A stretch of DNA of 57,975 nucleotides from Vampirovibrionales bacterium. GTDB lineage: Bacteria > Cyanobacteriota > Vampirovibrionia > Vampirovibrionales > JAGQHJ01. Location of the stretch: positions 1 through 57,975 of the forward strand of contig JANWIO010000059.1 in assembly GCA_025449835.1 (NCBI GenBank), given 5' to 3'. Position numbers and translations under genes: made by a program. Of the stretch, positions 57,555-57,975 are shown piece by piece. Position 1 is the stretch's first letter; the number at the start of each line of letters is the position of its first letter. The notes under the pieces were generated by a model, which saw nothing but the letters and a program-made list of their open reading frames with translations, was not told the origin of the DNA and made no database searches.

Positions 57555-57975
57555 GTCTGAAACCCTTATAAGGTAAGGAGCATCATCAAAGGTAATCCGT
57601 CGGTTAACAATTTCTAGGATTTCAGTCTGAAACCCTTATAAGGTAAGGAGCATCATCAAAGATACTACTACACGTCAAACAGCGCAAGAGTTTGGTCTGA
57701 AACCCTTATAAGGTAAGGAGCATCATCAAAGTAGAGTTCTGTTGAGGGGTCTCCCGGTGGGGTGACGTCTGAAACCCTTATAAGGTAAGGAGCATCATCA
57801 AAGTAAAGAGCTAGATATGATTGTAGATCTTTACGGCCTAGTCTGAAACCCTTATAAGGTAAGGAGCATCATCAAAGTTATCAACATAGCCACCTTCAAA
57901 ACAAAGACCCACCGTCTGAAACCCTTATAAGATAAGGAGCATCATCAAAGATCAGGATTGCTCTAACGCTCCCAC
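57555..57975 (+). CRISPR. CRISPR array with 37-bp repeat GTCTGAAACCCTTATAAGGTAAGGAGCATCATCAAAG; 6 repeats, 5 full spacers (33, 33, 35, 37, 36 nt) and 1 partial; truncated by the window end
   Basis: Repeats start at 57555, 57625, 57695, 57767, 57841 and 57914; AT-rich leader upstream. Confidence 0.99.

Larger units (their letters stand above)
42125..57975. mobile_element. tRNA-Asp-integrated, phage-satellite-like element; extent beyond ~51.6 kb is inferred and the right end is outside the window
   Basis: Serine integrase abutting the tRNA, excisionase, TerS-like, methylase and primase-helicase genes; no capsid/tail genes, no tRNA 3' duplicate and no return to housekeeping genes seen. Confidence 0.75.

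Noticed and set aside
57592-57975. Self-targeting spacers
   Set aside because: No match to the window noticed on either strand by eye; the check was not exhaustive

Overview
Bacterial chromosome segment, probably from a non-photosynthetic cyanobacterial relative (Melainabacteria/Vampirovibrionales-like; inferred from gene content and protein style, not proven). Bases 1-42 kb are mostly housekeeping: murT-dapL, comB-prmA-rsmE-tRNA nucleotidyltransferase, 2-oxoacid:ferredoxin oxidoreductase, mgtE, yceD-rpmF-plsX-fab cluster, prs, GH15-otsA-otsB, xth, nfo, tRNA-Val with a structured tandem repeat, ymdB and tRNA-Asp. From the 3' end of tRNA-Asp (~42.1 kb) to the window end lies an integrated, phage-satellite-like element. 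It encodes a large serine recombinase, an excisionase-like HTH, a TerS-like protein, a ParB-N protein with a C5 methylase, a primase-helicase with a candidate iteron origin, and small regulators. It is followed by an apparently complete type V-E (CasX/Cas12e-like) CRISPR-Cas locus: a divergent 1110-aa effector with an intact RuvC triad, cas4, cas1, cas2, a CasX-style tracrRNA and a 37-bp-repeat array running off the window. The right boundary of the element is not in the window. Family assignments rest on motif recognition by eye; no searches were run.
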